A stretch of 64,000 bases of DNA, taken from an uncultured Candidatus Saccharibacteria bacterium (lineage in GTDB: Bacteria > Patescibacteriota > Minisyncoccia > Phycocordibacterales > DSPV01). The notes below the pieces were generated by a model, which saw only the letters and a list, made by a program, of their open reading frames with translations, searched no databases and was not told where the DNA came from. Shown one piece after another: positions 46,612 through 56,424 of this stretch; the first letter of the stretch is position 1; each line of letters opens with the position of its first letter. Both the position numbers and the translations under genes were made by a program. The stretch is taken from assembly GCA_964617735.1 (NCBI GenBank), contig CAZTXT010000001.1, positions 459,589 through 523,588 of the forward strand, given 5' to 3'.

Positions 46612-47952
46612 ATGAAATCAACCGTAATCTGCCGATTTGCCCCTAGTCCTACCGGCCCGTTGCATGTCGGGGGTGCGCGGTCGGCGCTCTTCAATTATCT
46701 CTTTGCGCGACAGAACAAGGGTAAACTCATCCTGCGCATCGAGGACACCGACCGCGAACGCTCTAAGAAAGAGTACGCGGAAGACATCATCGAGAGCTTC
46801 AAGTGGCTCGGGATCGAATTCGATGAGACATATACACAATCGGCCTATTCAGGAAAACACAAAAAATATCTTTCAAAACTTATCGAGAGTAAAGCAGCGT
46901 ACCTTTCTAAAGAAAAGGAGATTAAAGAGGGCGGGCGCAAAGAAGTCATCCGATTCAGAAACCCGAACAAGAAGGTCGCTTTCGATGACCTCATCAAGGG
47001 TCATATCGAATTCGACACAACCGAGCTTGGCGATTTCGTGATAGCCAAATCACTGGAAGAGCCGCTCTTCCATCTTGCCGTCGTTGCCGATGACTTCGAT
47101 ATGGGCGTCACCCATGTCATCCGCGGGGAAGATCATATCTCAAATACGCCCCGCCAGATCCTCATTCAGGAAGCGCTCGGCGCACCACGGCCAATCTATG
47201 CCCATATTCCGCTCATTCTCGAAAGTGACCGCTCGAAACTCTCCAAGCGCAAGCACGGAGAGGCGGTGTCGATGAAGTTTTACCGCGAGCACGGCTATAT
47301 GCCGGAGGCGCTTATCAACTACCTTGCGCTACTCGGCTGGAACCCAGGGGATGAAAGGGAGGTCTTCACACTCCCTGAACTAGTCAAGGAATTCAGGCTC
47401 GAGAAAGTGCAAAAGGCGGGAGCGATCTTCAATCTCGAGAAACTCAAGTGGTTGAACAAAGAATATCTCATGAAAGACCCATCGACTCTAACCGCCCAGA
47501 TCATCGCGATACTCGATAGGGAAGCGCGGTTCAAGACACTCCAAAAGTCAGGCAGGGCAGTGCTCGCAGACGTGCTTAAAGACCGGATCCATACGATCGG
47601 CGAAGTGCATGAGATCATCGACCGCAAAGAGCTCGACTACCTCATTACGCCCCCTACATTAACCAAAGCGGCGCTTTTGTGGAGCAAAAAACCCGATATA
47701 GAGAGCGCGTGGCGGCATCTCCTTCATATCTATGAAGTACTTGATCATAAAGATGAAGAACTGGATCCTCAAACGATAAAAGACGGAATCCTCGCCTATG
47801 CAGAAACTCAAGGAAAAGGAGAGGTACTCTGGCCCCTTCGCTTGGCACTTTCCGGCCAGGAGAGATCCATCGACCCCTTCAATCTCCTCTCGATACTCGG
47901 TAAAACAGAGAGCCAGAAGCGTATCCAGTCCGCAATCTCTTTGCTAAAATAG
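46612..47952 (+). CDS. gltX: glutamate--tRNA ligase
   Basis: 'RFAPSPTGPLHVGGAR' (HIGH) and 'KLSKR' (KMSKS). Confidence 0.9.
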   Translation: MKSTVICRFAPSPTGPLHVGGARSALFNYLFARQNKGKLILRIEDTDRERSKKEYAEDIIESFKWLGIEFDETYTQSAYSGKHKKYLSKLIESKAAYLSKEKEIKEGGRKEVIRFRNPNKKVAFDDLIKGHIEFDTTELGDFVIAKSLEEPLFHLAVVADDFDMGVTHVIRGEDHISNTPRQILIQEALGAPRPIYAHIPLILESDRSKLSKRKHGEAVSMKFYREHGYMPEALINYLALLGWNPGDEREVFTLPELVKEFRLEKVQKAGAIFNLEKLKWLNKEYLMKDPSTLTAQIIAILDREARFKTLQKSGRAVLADVLKDRIHTIGEVHEIIDRKELDYLITPPTLTKAALLWSKKPDIESAWRHLLHIYEVLDHKDEELDPQTIKDGILAYAETQGKGEVLWPLRLALSGQERSIDPFNLLSILGKTESQKRIQSAISLLK

Positions 47953-47959
47953 GGTCCTT

Positions 47960-49276
47960 ATGACCTTGGTACGACGGATAGTAGCCTTAGGAGCGGTCAG
48001 TATCCTTATATTGCCTGCGTTTTCCTTTGGACAGGAGGCCACATCGACCCCTGCCGATGCTCCTGACAACGAAACACGCCTTCGAAACCTTATCGAGGCC
48101 AGAACGGAGGCCATAAAAGACCTCGAGACCCAGATCGGAGCTTACCAAGAGCAATTAAAACAGATCGACGGACAGAAGAAGAGCCTGCAGAATCAGATAA
48201 AAAGCTTTGATATAACCCGCAAGAAACTCTCTGCTGATATATCCATCACTGAAGAAAAAATAGACCGGACGAATTACCAGCTCGAAGCGCTCGCGCTCGA
48301 CATCCGGGACAAAGAAACCCATATCGGTGCCGACCGCAGTGCGATAGCGGAAGGACTCCGGATACTCAACGACTACGACCAGCGCTCGATGGTCGAGAGT
48401 ATGCTCGACTCAAGCGAGATCACCGATATCTGGAACGACGTAGATACGATCGCGAACGTTCAAAACGGGGTCCATACGCGCATCACGGAACTCTCAAGCA
48501 TGAGGGACGCGCTCGAGGACAAACAGGCCGACTCGCAAAAAATCAAGGACCAGTTGGTAGCACTGCGTTTGCAGCTTTCTAATCAGAAAAAAGTAGTGGA
48601 GTATAACACGAAACAGAAGAATGCACTCCTCACTTCGACCAAGAACAACGAGGCGAATTATCAAAAACTACTCAAAGAGAAAACGGCGCTGCGCGATTCG
48701 TTCCAGCAGGAATTGTTGGGATTCGAGTCCGAACTCAAGCTCATCACCAGCCAGTCGCAGATACCGCAGGCCGTCCATGGGATGCTCAGCTGGCCACTCG
48801 ATTCGATCGTAGTGACACAGCCGTTCGGTGATACCGCATTTGCGCGTGACCATGCGCAAGTATATAACGGGCATGGTCACAACGGCGTTGATTTCCGAGC
48901 TTCTCTGGGGACTCCGGTAAAATCAGCGGCCGGGGGAATCGTGACGGGCAGTGGCAACACCGACTTGGTATGTCCAGGCGCTTCCTATGGCAAATGGGTC
49001 CTAGTCCGCCATGAGAATGGCCTTTCAACGCTCTACGCGCATCTTTCGGTCATCTCGGTCGTCGAGGGCGAGGCCGTAGGTCCTGGAAGCACGCTGGGCT
49101 ATAGCGGAGATAGCGGATACGCGACCGGACCGCACTTGCACTTCACGGTATACGCCTCGCAAGGCGTCGAAGTGGTCAATCGACAAAGCCGGGTTTGCGG
49201 AGGCACGTACCGCATGCCGATAGCGGACCTACGAGCATATCTCGACCCGCTGGCATATTTGCCGGAACTCCAATAA
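47960..49276 (+). CDS. M23-family peptidoglycan endopeptidase with N-terminal coiled coil (EnvC-like)
   Basis: Signal/TM, long coiled coil, and the M23 motifs 'HNGVDF', 'GYSGDSGYATGPHLHF'. Confidence 0.8.
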   Translation: MTLVRRIVALGAVSILILPAFSFGQEATSTPADAPDNETRLRNLIEARTEAIKDLETQIGAYQEQLKQIDGQKKSLQNQIKSFDITRKKLSADISITEEKIDRTNYQLEALALDIRDKETHIGADRSAIAEGLRILNDYDQRSMVESMLDSSEITDIWNDVDTIANVQNGVHTRITELSSMRDALEDKQADSQKIKDQLVALRLQLSNQKKVVEYNTKQKNALLTSTKNNEANYQKLLKEKTALRDSFQQELLGFESELKLITSQSQIPQAVHGMLSWPLDSIVVTQPFGDTAFARDHAQVYNGHGHNGVDFRASLGTPVKSAAGGIVTGSGNTDLVCPGASYGKWVLVRHENGLSTLYAHLSVISVVEGEAVGPGSTLGYSGDSGYATGPHLHFTVYASQGVEVVNRQSRVCGGTYRMPIADLRAYLDPLAYLPELQ

Positions 49277-49293
49277 GAAGATAGTATTGAGCT

Positions 49294-49533
49294 ATGTTGA
49301 GCAATGCGCCAGCAGGATTCATACGAACGATCGTATTGATACTCATCGCGATACTCCTATTGAGCTATTTCGGCATCGATCTCAGGCAAGCAGCAACCAC
49401 GCCGCTATTCAAGCAAAACCTCCAATTCACCTGGGAAGTGATACAGCGTATTTGGAATGATTATATCTACGTGCCGCTGACGCACCTCTTTAAACGTGAT
49501 CAGCAAAAGACCCTCGACGCAAGTACGCCGTAG
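49294..49533 (+). CDS. hypothetical small membrane protein
   Basis: 79 aa with an N-terminal TM. Weak evidence. Confidence 0.35.
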   Translation: MLSNAPAGFIRTIVLILIAILLLSYFGIDLRQAATTPLFKQNLQFTWEVIQRIWNDYIYVPLTHLFKRDQQKTLDASTP

Positions 49534-49684
49534 GTAACAGGCCCAGAGCTTTGCCTCGTGTCGAGAGGAGACCTTAATTACCGAAAACATATATTGTGCG
49601 ACACACTAGAGCGCTCTTGAATGGCTGGTAAAGCCCTCTCCCCTCTACCAAAATCACCCCAACCGGGGTGATTTTGCTTTAAGT

Positions 49685-50170
49685 TTAACTATTACGCTCT
49701 TTCTCCGATGCTTTGCCGGCGGCTTCCGAGGTATGCCAGCACTTGGCTGACGACGACCATGGACGCACTCCTTCTCGATCATAGAGATACTTGGCGTATG
49801 AGAGATTTCCATCGAGCGTGTAGAGATCAAGTCCCAGTTCACTGGCACGTTTGCCGTGATATCGCTCATTGATCTGCATAACTCCCACGTCATCAGAATT
49901 CACATTGCCCCGGATCACTTCCCCGTCGAGCCCCATTTGTCTGAAGGTGGACTCACAGCGAGCAATCTCAGCCAAGACCGGTGTGTCGGAAAAATAGTCC
50001 TTCACATACTGTGCGACTTCATCCCGATTTTGGTAGTTAATGAACTTCGCCGAAGTCAGGTCAGAGCGGTCCACAATGATGATCGGACTGGTGCTCTGCG
50101 CGGAGGTTGTGCCCTGCCCCAGGGCAGATGAGAGCATGAGTACTGCCGTTGTTAATTCGATAATAGTCAT
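49685..50170 (-). CDS. secreted lytic transglycosylase (SLT/GH23 lysozyme-like domain)
   Basis: Signal peptide. 'ARCESTFRQ' (catalytic Glu-Ser) and 'GVMQIN' SLT motifs. Bidirectional terminator at 49650-49682. Confidence 0.65.
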   Translation of the reverse strand: MTIIELTTAVLMLSSALGQGTTSAQSTSPIIIVDRSDLTSAKFINYQNRDEVAQYVKDYFSDTPVLAEIARCESTFRQMGLDGEVIRGNVNSDDVGVMQINERYHGKRASELGLDLYTLDGNLSYAKYLYDREGVRPWSSSAKCWHTSEAAGKASEKERNS

Positions 50171-50220
50171 GGATTGGATGAAACGACTAAAGTATTCGTT
50201 TTCTTAGTGACTTTCAAACA

Positions 50221-50284
50221 AAAAACGAATGTATTTTTTGACATTCGTTTTTTAAATAAAACATCAGAGTCCGAAACTCTGATG
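50221..50284 (-). terminator. two tandem minus-strand Rho-independent terminators
   Basis: aaaaacgaatgt-N8-acattcgttttt (12-bp stem, T-run) and catcagag-tccgaaa-ctctgatg followed by TTTTATTT on the minus strand. Confidence 0.55.
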
Positions 50285-50447
50285 GAAATGATTATAGCAT
50301 ACTGGTTTGTTTTGTCAATAATTCACCATGTTCATCTCCTATGGTCAATGACTCAAGATATGCCTAGAAATAAGGATATAATGAAAATAACCCTTGCATA
50401 CTATGAAGGGCCATTGCACCAACATATGAGCATTCACTATTCCTATA

Positions 50448-50518
50448 TCGGGGTGCGGAGAGTTGGACTCCGGCCTTACCCACCCCATGGGCATATACTA
50501 CCGTTATACTACACCCCG
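50448..50518 (-). tRNA. tRNA-Pro (anticodon GGG), with atypical T-loop TCCAACT
   Basis: Reverse complement: acceptor CGGGGTG/CACCCCG, anticodon stem TGCCC/GGGTA with loop ATGGGGT, T-stem CGGAG/CTCCG. Position 55 is C rather than U. Overall similar to the Pro-CGG gene. Confidence 0.6.
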
Positions 50519-50547
50519 TCGTAGCTATTGTTGCCGCAAATTTGATT

Positions 50548-51138
50548 TCATGCAAGCCAGGGAACCCTATAAGCCGTGAATTCCGGGAACAGGACTTTGT
50601 CATAGAGCAGGCGCGAGAAAGCCTCCGCTTCATAGCGAGCGCCCCGTAAACCATTATGCGGTTTGGGTTCTTGTGGAACACCCACGTACTGCAAGATAGA
50701 GTCGAGGTTCAAAGCCGAATGACCATTCTTTTCAGGAGGCTTGATACCGCGCCGTATCATATGAAAATAGGCGATTGAATGGAGATCAATCGTTCGACAC
50801 GCGAACGGCCAGTTAAAATGATAGCGATGCGCCGCTGCACGCAAGAAGTCTCGGTCGGCCGAAGGATTCTGACCCGCGATCGTGCGCTCTTCAAAGCGTT
50901 GTGCCCAATCTAAAAAGCTGGCGATAAGCTCCTTGTCGCCCTGTTTTTGAGGGTCGGTAGCTTCTGCCGTTGAAAATCCGTTGATGGCAAGGGCCGCAGG
51001 ATCGATGTGCGCCCCATTCCATACCCGACATTCCCCATAGAATGTCTCACTGGGATTTGAAAAATTCACGGCGCCAATCGAAAGAAGGCTGTGTGTGAGC
51101 GGGTCAAGACCGCTCGATTCCATATCGACGATGATCAT
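50548..51138 (-). CDS. DnaQ-like 3'-5' exonuclease (DEDDh family)
   Basis: Exo I 'MIIVDMESSGLDP', Exo III 'HNGLRGARYEAEA'. Start set at the internal ATG 51138 with TGCTATACT-N6-ATG. The upstream part of the listed ORF is a Pro/Arg-rich read-through. Confidence 0.7.
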   Translation of the reverse strand: MIIVDMESSGLDPLTHSLLSIGAVNFSNPSETFYGECRVWNGAHIDPAALAINGFSTAEATDPQKQGDKELIASFLDWAQRFEERTIAGQNPSADRDFLRAAAHRYHFNWPFACRTIDLHSIAYFHMIRRGIKPPEKNGHSALNLDSILQYVGVPQEPKPHNGLRGARYEAEAFSRLLYDKVLFPEFTAYRVPWLA

Positions 51139-51169
51139 ATTTACAGTATAGCAGAGCGCGTGGACCCCG

Positions 51170-51565
51170 TTAGTGTAGTCCTTTGCAATTAGCTCCCGGG
51201 GTAAAACCCGCGGCCTGTGCCACCTCCACGGAACTGAACCAGCGCTTATTCTCTTCTCTGATAGCACGTGCCGCTCCACACCACGGGAAGTAATATTTGC
51301 CGCTCGTTTTTGAGCCCACCACCTCACCGAGGGTCGCGGTGGGATCCGGGGGTTTAGGTAAATGGGCGGTGGCAGAGGCGGCCATGAATGCTCCAGCCTC
51401 ACCGGTACGCGAGACGATCTCAAGTGACGAGCTGTCGTTTGCGGAGAGTCGTCCGAGCGAGAATGAACCGACCGATACAACGATGATAAGTCCCGCAATA
51501 AAAAGAGAGCGCGACCGCCCATTGAACCAGTACTTGATAATTCTCGCTCTTTCAGTTATACTCAT
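51170..51565 (-). CDS. hypothetical membrane-anchored protein with C-terminal Cys motif (YYFPWC...C)
   Basis: TM 'LFIAGLIIVVSVGSF'. C-terminal 'GKYYFPWCGAARAIREENKRWFSSVEVAQAAGFTPGANC'. Upstream TGCTATACT -10-like element and a 'gagg' SD. Confidence 0.5.
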   Translation of the reverse strand: MSITERARIIKYWFNGRSRSLFIAGLIIVVSVGSFSLGRLSANDSSSLEIVSRTGEAGAFMAASATAHLPKPPDPTATLGEVVGSKTSGKYYFPWCGAARAIREENKRWFSSVEVAQAAGFTPGANCKGLH

Positions 51566-51588
51566 GACCTCATAAGTATAGCAACCCA

Positions 51589-51867
51589 ATGGCACACACT
51601 AAAGCAGGCGGAACAGCTAAAAACTTAACCGATTCGAATGCCCAATATCTGGGTATTAAACTCTATGCCGGTGAGAGAGCAAAAGTAGGAGCGATCATCG
51701 TACGTCAGCGCGGAACCCGTATCTTGCCGGGAAAGAATGTTGGCGTTGGAAAAGACCATTCCCTCTTCGCCTTAACGGAAGGAATCGTCGCTTATACCCA
51801 GAAACGCAAGCGCAGTTTCAACAACAAAACACTGACGAAAAAAGTTGCGCACGTGAACTCCAAATAA
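51589..51867 (+). CDS. rpmA: 50S ribosomal protein L27
   Basis: 'MAHTKAGGTAKN...IIVRQRGTRILPGKNVGVGKDHSLFAL' matches L27. Confidence 0.9.
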   Translation: MAHTKAGGTAKNLTDSNAQYLGIKLYAGERAKVGAIIVRQRGTRILPGKNVGVGKDHSLFALTEGIVAYTQKRKRSFNNKTLTKKVAHVNSK

Positions 51868-51894
51868 AGGTTATCAGATATTCTTTTTCGGAAC

Positions 51895-51928
51895 GCAAAT
51901 ACCCGCCTGCTGGCGGGTATTTCTCTAG
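51895..51928. terminator. bidirectional terminator between rpmA and rplI
   Basis: aaatacccgcc-tgct-ggcgggtattt hairpin flanked by A- and T-runs. Confidence 0.7.
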
Positions 51929-51931
51929 AGC

Positions 51932-52378
51932 CTATTTCTCAGCCTCTATGACAAGCTTAAACTTTGCCTTCTTGCCACCGACAGAGACAGTGAGCGAATG
52001 CTCCCCTACCGCTTTAATCGGATGCTCAAGGTTGATGAGTTCCGGATCAACATCGATCCGCAACTCTTCCTTGAGACGCCGCGAGATATCTTCTTTATGG
52101 ATGGATGCGAAGAGATGCCCTTGTTCGCTCGCCTTCCCCTGAATGTGGACGGCTTTATCCTCGATTTGAGCGATATTCTTCAGGAGCAATTCTTCCTGGA
52201 CTTTACGTTCGGCTTCCCAACGCGCCTTCTGTGCCTCGGCTTGCTTCAGCGCCCCTGCGGTCGCCTCTCGCGCAAGCCCTCGGGGAATAAGCATATTCAG
52301 GGCATGTCCGTCCGAGACGTTCTTAACGTCCAATTTCTTTCCAAGTCCGACAACGTCTTGGGTCAAGATAACTTTCAT
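51932..52378 (-). CDS. rplI: 50S ribosomal protein L9
   Basis: 'MKVILTQDVVGLGKKLDVKNVSDGHALNMLIPRGLA' matches L9. Confidence 0.85.
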   Translation of the reverse strand: MKVILTQDVVGLGKKLDVKNVSDGHALNMLIPRGLAREATAGALKQAEAQKARWEAERKVQEELLLKNIAQIEDKAVHIQGKASEQGHLFASIHKEDISRRLKEELRIDVDPELINLEHPIKAVGEHSLTVSVGGKKAKFKLVIEAEK

Positions 52379-52435
52379 AGGTTTGCCATACTACACGATT
52401 AACAACCTGCAGGCAAGGAAACAGCTTATATCGAG

Positions 52436-53734
52436 CTACTCACTCAAGAGCATGTGAACCGCTTTCTGCATCTGCGGATCCTTTCCCTTCGCAAGGTCAT
52501 CCGGCGTCATATCTACGACATAGTCGGGCTTGAGCCCCTCTTTGGAGATATTTTTGCCATTCGGGGTCAGCCAGCGTGCGACCGTGACTTTAAGGGAGGT
52601 GTCGGGGGTGATATCCACGAGCTCTTGCACCGAGCCTTTGCCGAATGTCTGCGTGCCGACGAGCTTTGCCACTCCCTGTTCGCGGAGAGCGCCCGCGAGG
52701 ATTTCGGAAGCGGACGCGGACCCTCCATTGACCAAGATCGCCATTCTAAGATTCTCATTGAAAATATCGTAGCCCTTCGAGCGATAGACCCGTACATCAT
52801 CCTTTGCATACTCCTCCTGTACTACCACTTTCCCGACCGGAAGGAACCACGATGCTATATCCACGGCTGCCTCGAGATACCCTCCGGGGTTGGAGCGCAA
52901 ATCGAGGATAAGCTTGTTCGAACCCGATTGAACGAATTCGCGTAACGCACTGCGGAAGAGATTAGGCGATTGAGCAGTGAAGCTGTAGAGCTTGATGACG
53001 AATACTCCGTCATCACGCAAACCCACGCTCTTATCCGGCGCGCTCTGTCCGCTCGAGAGTTTCAGTTCCGTGTCGATCGTAGGAATATTGATCGTCTCAC
53101 GCACAACGCTTAGGTCGAATGGGGCGCTCTTGCTCGTGCGGGCAAGGGTCAGGCGCACAGTCGTTCCTCCTTTGCCGCGGATCTTGCGCACTGCAGCGTC
53201 GGTACTCATACCGTCGGTCGGTTCGTCGTTAATCTTGAGTATCTTATCCCCCGCTTGTATGCCCGCACGATCGGCGGGCGTGCCCTTAAGAGGTGCGATG
53301 ACCGTGAGTATGCCATCTTTGATACCGATCTCCATGCCAACACCCTCGAATGTACCGGATATCTCGCTCTGGAATTCTTTCTGTTCTTCCGGTGGGAAGA
53401 ACACAGTGTACGGATCTCCGAGGGATGCCGTGAGTCCGCTGATCGCCCCCCAGACTTTATCTTGATCCGTTACAGAAGTAACCGTCGAACTGGCCATGGT
53501 CGAGCTTGAAACGGTCGTTGGTACGTATTTCTCGTTGATGATTTCCCATGCGCGCCAAAAAGGCGAGAAATCGACTTCTGCAGGCCTACCCTCATCTTTA
53601 TTCGAGAGATCGGTTGCTTTATAGATATCGGGAGCACGCTTGACGCCTACGGCGTACCCGCCAAAAAAAGTTGCGCCGAGGATGACAAGCGCAATGAGTA
53701 CCGGCACTAGCTTCGGCCGTGATGAAGATTCCAT
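52436..53734 (-). CDS. C-terminal processing peptidase (S41 family)
   Basis: N-terminal TM, PDZ domain 'GIQAGDKILKINDEPTDG', and the S41 catalytic region 'ILVNGGSASASEILAGAL'. Confidence 0.85.
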   Translation of the reverse strand: MESSSRPKLVPVLIALVILGATFFGGYAVGVKRAPDIYKATDLSNKDEGRPAEVDFSPFWRAWEIINEKYVPTTVSSSTMASSTVTSVTDQDKVWGAISGLTASLGDPYTVFFPPEEQKEFQSEISGTFEGVGMEIGIKDGILTVIAPLKGTPADRAGIQAGDKILKINDEPTDGMSTDAAVRKIRGKGGTTVRLTLARTSKSAPFDLSVVRETINIPTIDTELKLSSGQSAPDKSVGLRDDGVFVIKLYSFTAQSPNLFRSALREFVQSGSNKLILDLRSNPGGYLEAAVDIASWFLPVGKVVVQEEYAKDDVRVYRSKGYDIFNENLRMAILVNGGSASASEILAGALREQGVAKLVGTQTFGKGSVQELVDITPDTSLKVTVARWLTPNGKNISKEGLKPDYVVDMTPDDLAKGKDPQMQKAVHMLLSE

Positions 53735-53843
53735 GTTGCTCCATTATCACAAAATAGGCGCTGGCCTGCAACTGGCGATCTGAACGTAAATCACTTTTGG
53801 CTATACCCTAGACGCTCCCGTCTCTGACCTCTATAATTGTTTT

Positions 53844-54761
53844 ATGGTGAGTCGCCATGTCTATCGGAACGTCGAATGGATAGACCTTGAATCTCCGACG
53901 TATGAGGAGATCAAGACCGTCACATCCGAACGTAAACTCAATCAACTGCTCGCACAGGAGCTCTTGACGCCGACGTTAAAACCTCGCGTGGATCTATACC
54001 GCGACTACCTTTATCTGGTCCTGCATTTCCCTGCTATTCGGCACTCGCACGCTCCCGATACTTCGAGCCAAGAGATCGATTTCATCGTGGGGCGCGATTT
54101 CATCATCACCACGCGCTACGACACCATTGATCCACTCCATGAATTCTCAAAAATATTCGAAGTGAACTCCATACTCGACCGGCAGGACATGGGCGAACAC
54201 GCGGGGTATATCTTCTATCATATGCTCAAGCATATCTATAAAGGCATGGAGAACGAGCTTGAGGGCATCAACGGCAGGCTCGCCGCGATCCAGAAAAACA
54301 TCTTCTCGGGGAAAGAGCATGAAATGGTATCGGAGATTTCAAAAGTGAACCGTGACATCCTTAATATCAAAGGCGCCCTGCGACCGCATCAGCAGGTGCT
54401 CGACTCACTTGAAGTCGCCGCGCTCAAGATATTCGGAAAAGAATTCGAGTATCCGATGCGGGCGCTCAAAAACGAGAATTATCGCGTCAGCAGCGAGATC
54501 CTTACCTGCAACGATCTGGCGAACGAGCTTCGCGAGACTAACAACGCGCTCGTTTCGACCAAACAAAACGAAACGATGAAGCATCTATCGGCCATCGCCT
54601 TCATCGGACTTCCCATTGGGCTCCTCATCGCGATCTTGCAGATCGATACGGTGTCTCGGCCGATCGTCGGCATGCCCGATGATTTTTGGATAATCCTTTT
54701 CGTGGTGATCATTCTCGCTTCGCTTCTGTATTCCTACTCGAAAAGTAGAAAATGGCTCTAA
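53844..54761 (+). CDS. CorA-like divalent cation transporter (atypical: GMP in place of GMN)
   Basis: CorA architecture: cytoplasmic domain, long helix, two C-terminal TM segments. 'IVGMPDDFW' sits where YGMNF normally does. TATAAT-N6-ATG. Confidence 0.6.
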   Translation: MVSRHVYRNVEWIDLESPTYEEIKTVTSERKLNQLLAQELLTPTLKPRVDLYRDYLYLVLHFPAIRHSHAPDTSSQEIDFIVGRDFIITTRYDTIDPLHEFSKIFEVNSILDRQDMGEHAGYIFYHMLKHIYKGMENELEGINGRLAAIQKNIFSGKEHEMVSEISKVNRDILNIKGALRPHQQVLDSLEVAALKIFGKEFEYPMRALKNENYRVSSEILTCNDLANELRETNNALVSTKQNETMKHLSAIAFIGLPIGLLIAILQIDTVSRPIVGMPDDFWIILFVVIILASLLYSYSKSRKWL

Positions 54762-56236
54762 GCTTGTCGAAACTCTTCGGACGCACTGGCACTCTGCGCT
54801 CTCCGCAGATCTTTTTCTACAACACGCTGCACCGCAAAAAAGAGAAATTCGTCCCGTTAAAATCAGGCCGTGTAGGGATGTATCACTGCGGCCCAACAGT
54901 CTACAACTACCAGCATATCGGGAATTATCGCGCATACATCTTCGCCGATCTTCTCAAGCGTATGTTCCGCTATCACGATTTTACCGTCAGCCAAGTGATC
55001 AACATCACGGACGTGGGGCATTTGACCGATGATGAGGACCAAGGGCAAGACAAGATCGAGGAAGGCGCGCGACAGGAGCATAAAACCGCGGCGGAGATCA
55101 TTAAGCGCTATACCGATGACTTCCTTTTGAACCTTGAGAAATTGAACATAGACACCGAGGGCACGGTCTTCCCTAAAGCGACAGAACATATTTTAGAGCA
55201 GATCGCCTTCATACAAACGCTCGACGAGAAGGGATATACATACCGAACATCCGACGGCATCTATTTCGATACCGCTCTCTTCAAGTCCTACGGCACGCTC
55301 GGGAACATTGATCTTGCCGGGCTTGCGGAGGGCAAACGGATCGGCATCAATCCGGAGAAAAAACATCCGACTGATTTCGCACTCTGGAAATTCTCTCCAA
55401 AAACCGGTTCGGGAGAAGCAAAACGGCAGCAAGAATGGGACTCTCCCTGGGGGGTCGGATTTCCGGGCTGGCATATCGAATGCTCGGCTATGTCCACCAA
55501 ATATCTGGGACGGCACTTCGACATACACACCGGCGGCATCGACCACATTCCGGTCCACCACAACAACGAGATCGCGCAATCCGAAGCGGCCTTCGGCGTA
55601 CGCTTTGCCAACTACTGGATGCACTGCGCGCATATCCTGATAGACGGCAAGAAAATATCCAAATCGCTGGGAAACACTATTCTCATCAAACATCTCGAGG
55701 AGAAAAGCATCTCTCCGCTCGCCTATCGCTACTGGCTGTTGACCAGCCACTATCGGACGCAGGTCAACTTCACTTGGGAAGCGGTCACCGCAGCCGAACG
55801 CGCATTCTTCAAATTGCAGCGCTTCTTCGTCGAAGAGCTGGGGATCAAAAAAGGAACTCTCGCACAGGCGTATCTCTCTGAATTCCTCTCTGCGATCCAC
55901 GACGACCTCGACACACCCAAAGCAATCGCAACCACATGGAACATGGTAAAAGACGATGCGGTATCAAAACCTGACAAAAAAGCAACGCTCCTTGCGTTCG
56001 ACCGAATACTGGGACTCAACCTCTCTGGCGCGCAAGAGTTCATGGAGGTCGCCGGCCGTGCGGAAGTCGCTCCGGAGGATATTCCTGCTGCTATCAAAAA
56101 ATTGCTCGATGAACGGGAAACAGCCCGCCAGGTAAAAGACTTCAAAGCAGCCGACAGTTTGCGCGCCCGCATCCTCTCTGCGGGTTTTGAGATCGTGGAC
56201 ACGGAAAAAGGGCCACGGCTGCGAAGAATTGACTGA
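54752..56236 (+). CDS. cysS: cysteine--tRNA ligase
   Basis: 'YHCGPTVYNYQHIGNYR' (HIGH) and 'KISKSLGN' (KMSKS). Confidence 0.9.
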   Translation: MALSLSKLFGRTGTLRSPQIFFYNTLHRKKEKFVPLKSGRVGMYHCGPTVYNYQHIGNYRAYIFADLLKRMFRYHDFTVSQVINITDVGHLTDDEDQGQDKIEEGARQEHKTAAEIIKRYTDDFLLNLEKLNIDTEGTVFPKATEHILEQIAFIQTLDEKGYTYRTSDGIYFDTALFKSYGTLGNIDLAGLAEGKRIGINPEKKHPTDFALWKFSPKTGSGEAKRQQEWDSPWGVGFPGWHIECSAMSTKYLGRHFDIHTGGIDHIPVHHNNEIAQSEAAFGVRFANYWMHCAHILIDGKKISKSLGNTILIKHLEEKSISPLAYRYWLLTSHYRTQVNFTWEAVTAAERAFFKLQRFFVEELGIKKGTLAQAYLSEFLSAIHDDLDTPKAIATTWNMVKDDAVSKPDKKATLLAFDRILGLNLSGAQEFMEVAGRAEVAPEDIPAAIKKLLDERETARQVKDFKAADSLRARILSAGFEIVDTEKGPRLRRID

Positions 56237-56424
56237 TTCTCATAATCAGGCTATACTTTCTCTGGGGTAGACAAATTCGCTGTTGTCTACATTCTTCTAT
56301 GCAAGTATCCAAGCCGCCCCGTTATAACTTAAAAGACGGGGCGGTTTTTTATATGCACATCTTGGTAACAGGTTATGGTCAACACGAAGTACTGATTATA
56401 AGAGAGCCATGATACAATTCGACT

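Noticed and set aside
50174-50681. Plus ORF 50174..50524 and minus ORF 50364..50681
   Set aside because: Both run through the tRNA-Pro(GGG) gene and its AT-rich trailer. There are no start signals.
51139-51522. N-terminal 128 codons of the listed 50548..51522 ORF and the alternative start at 51595 of the 51170 ORF
   Set aside because: The extension is Pro/Arg-rich and overlaps the upstream membrane-protein gene in another frame. The DEDDh Exo I motif begins at the internal ATG 51138, which has a TGCTATACT-N6 promoter. The 51595 start would overlap rpmA.
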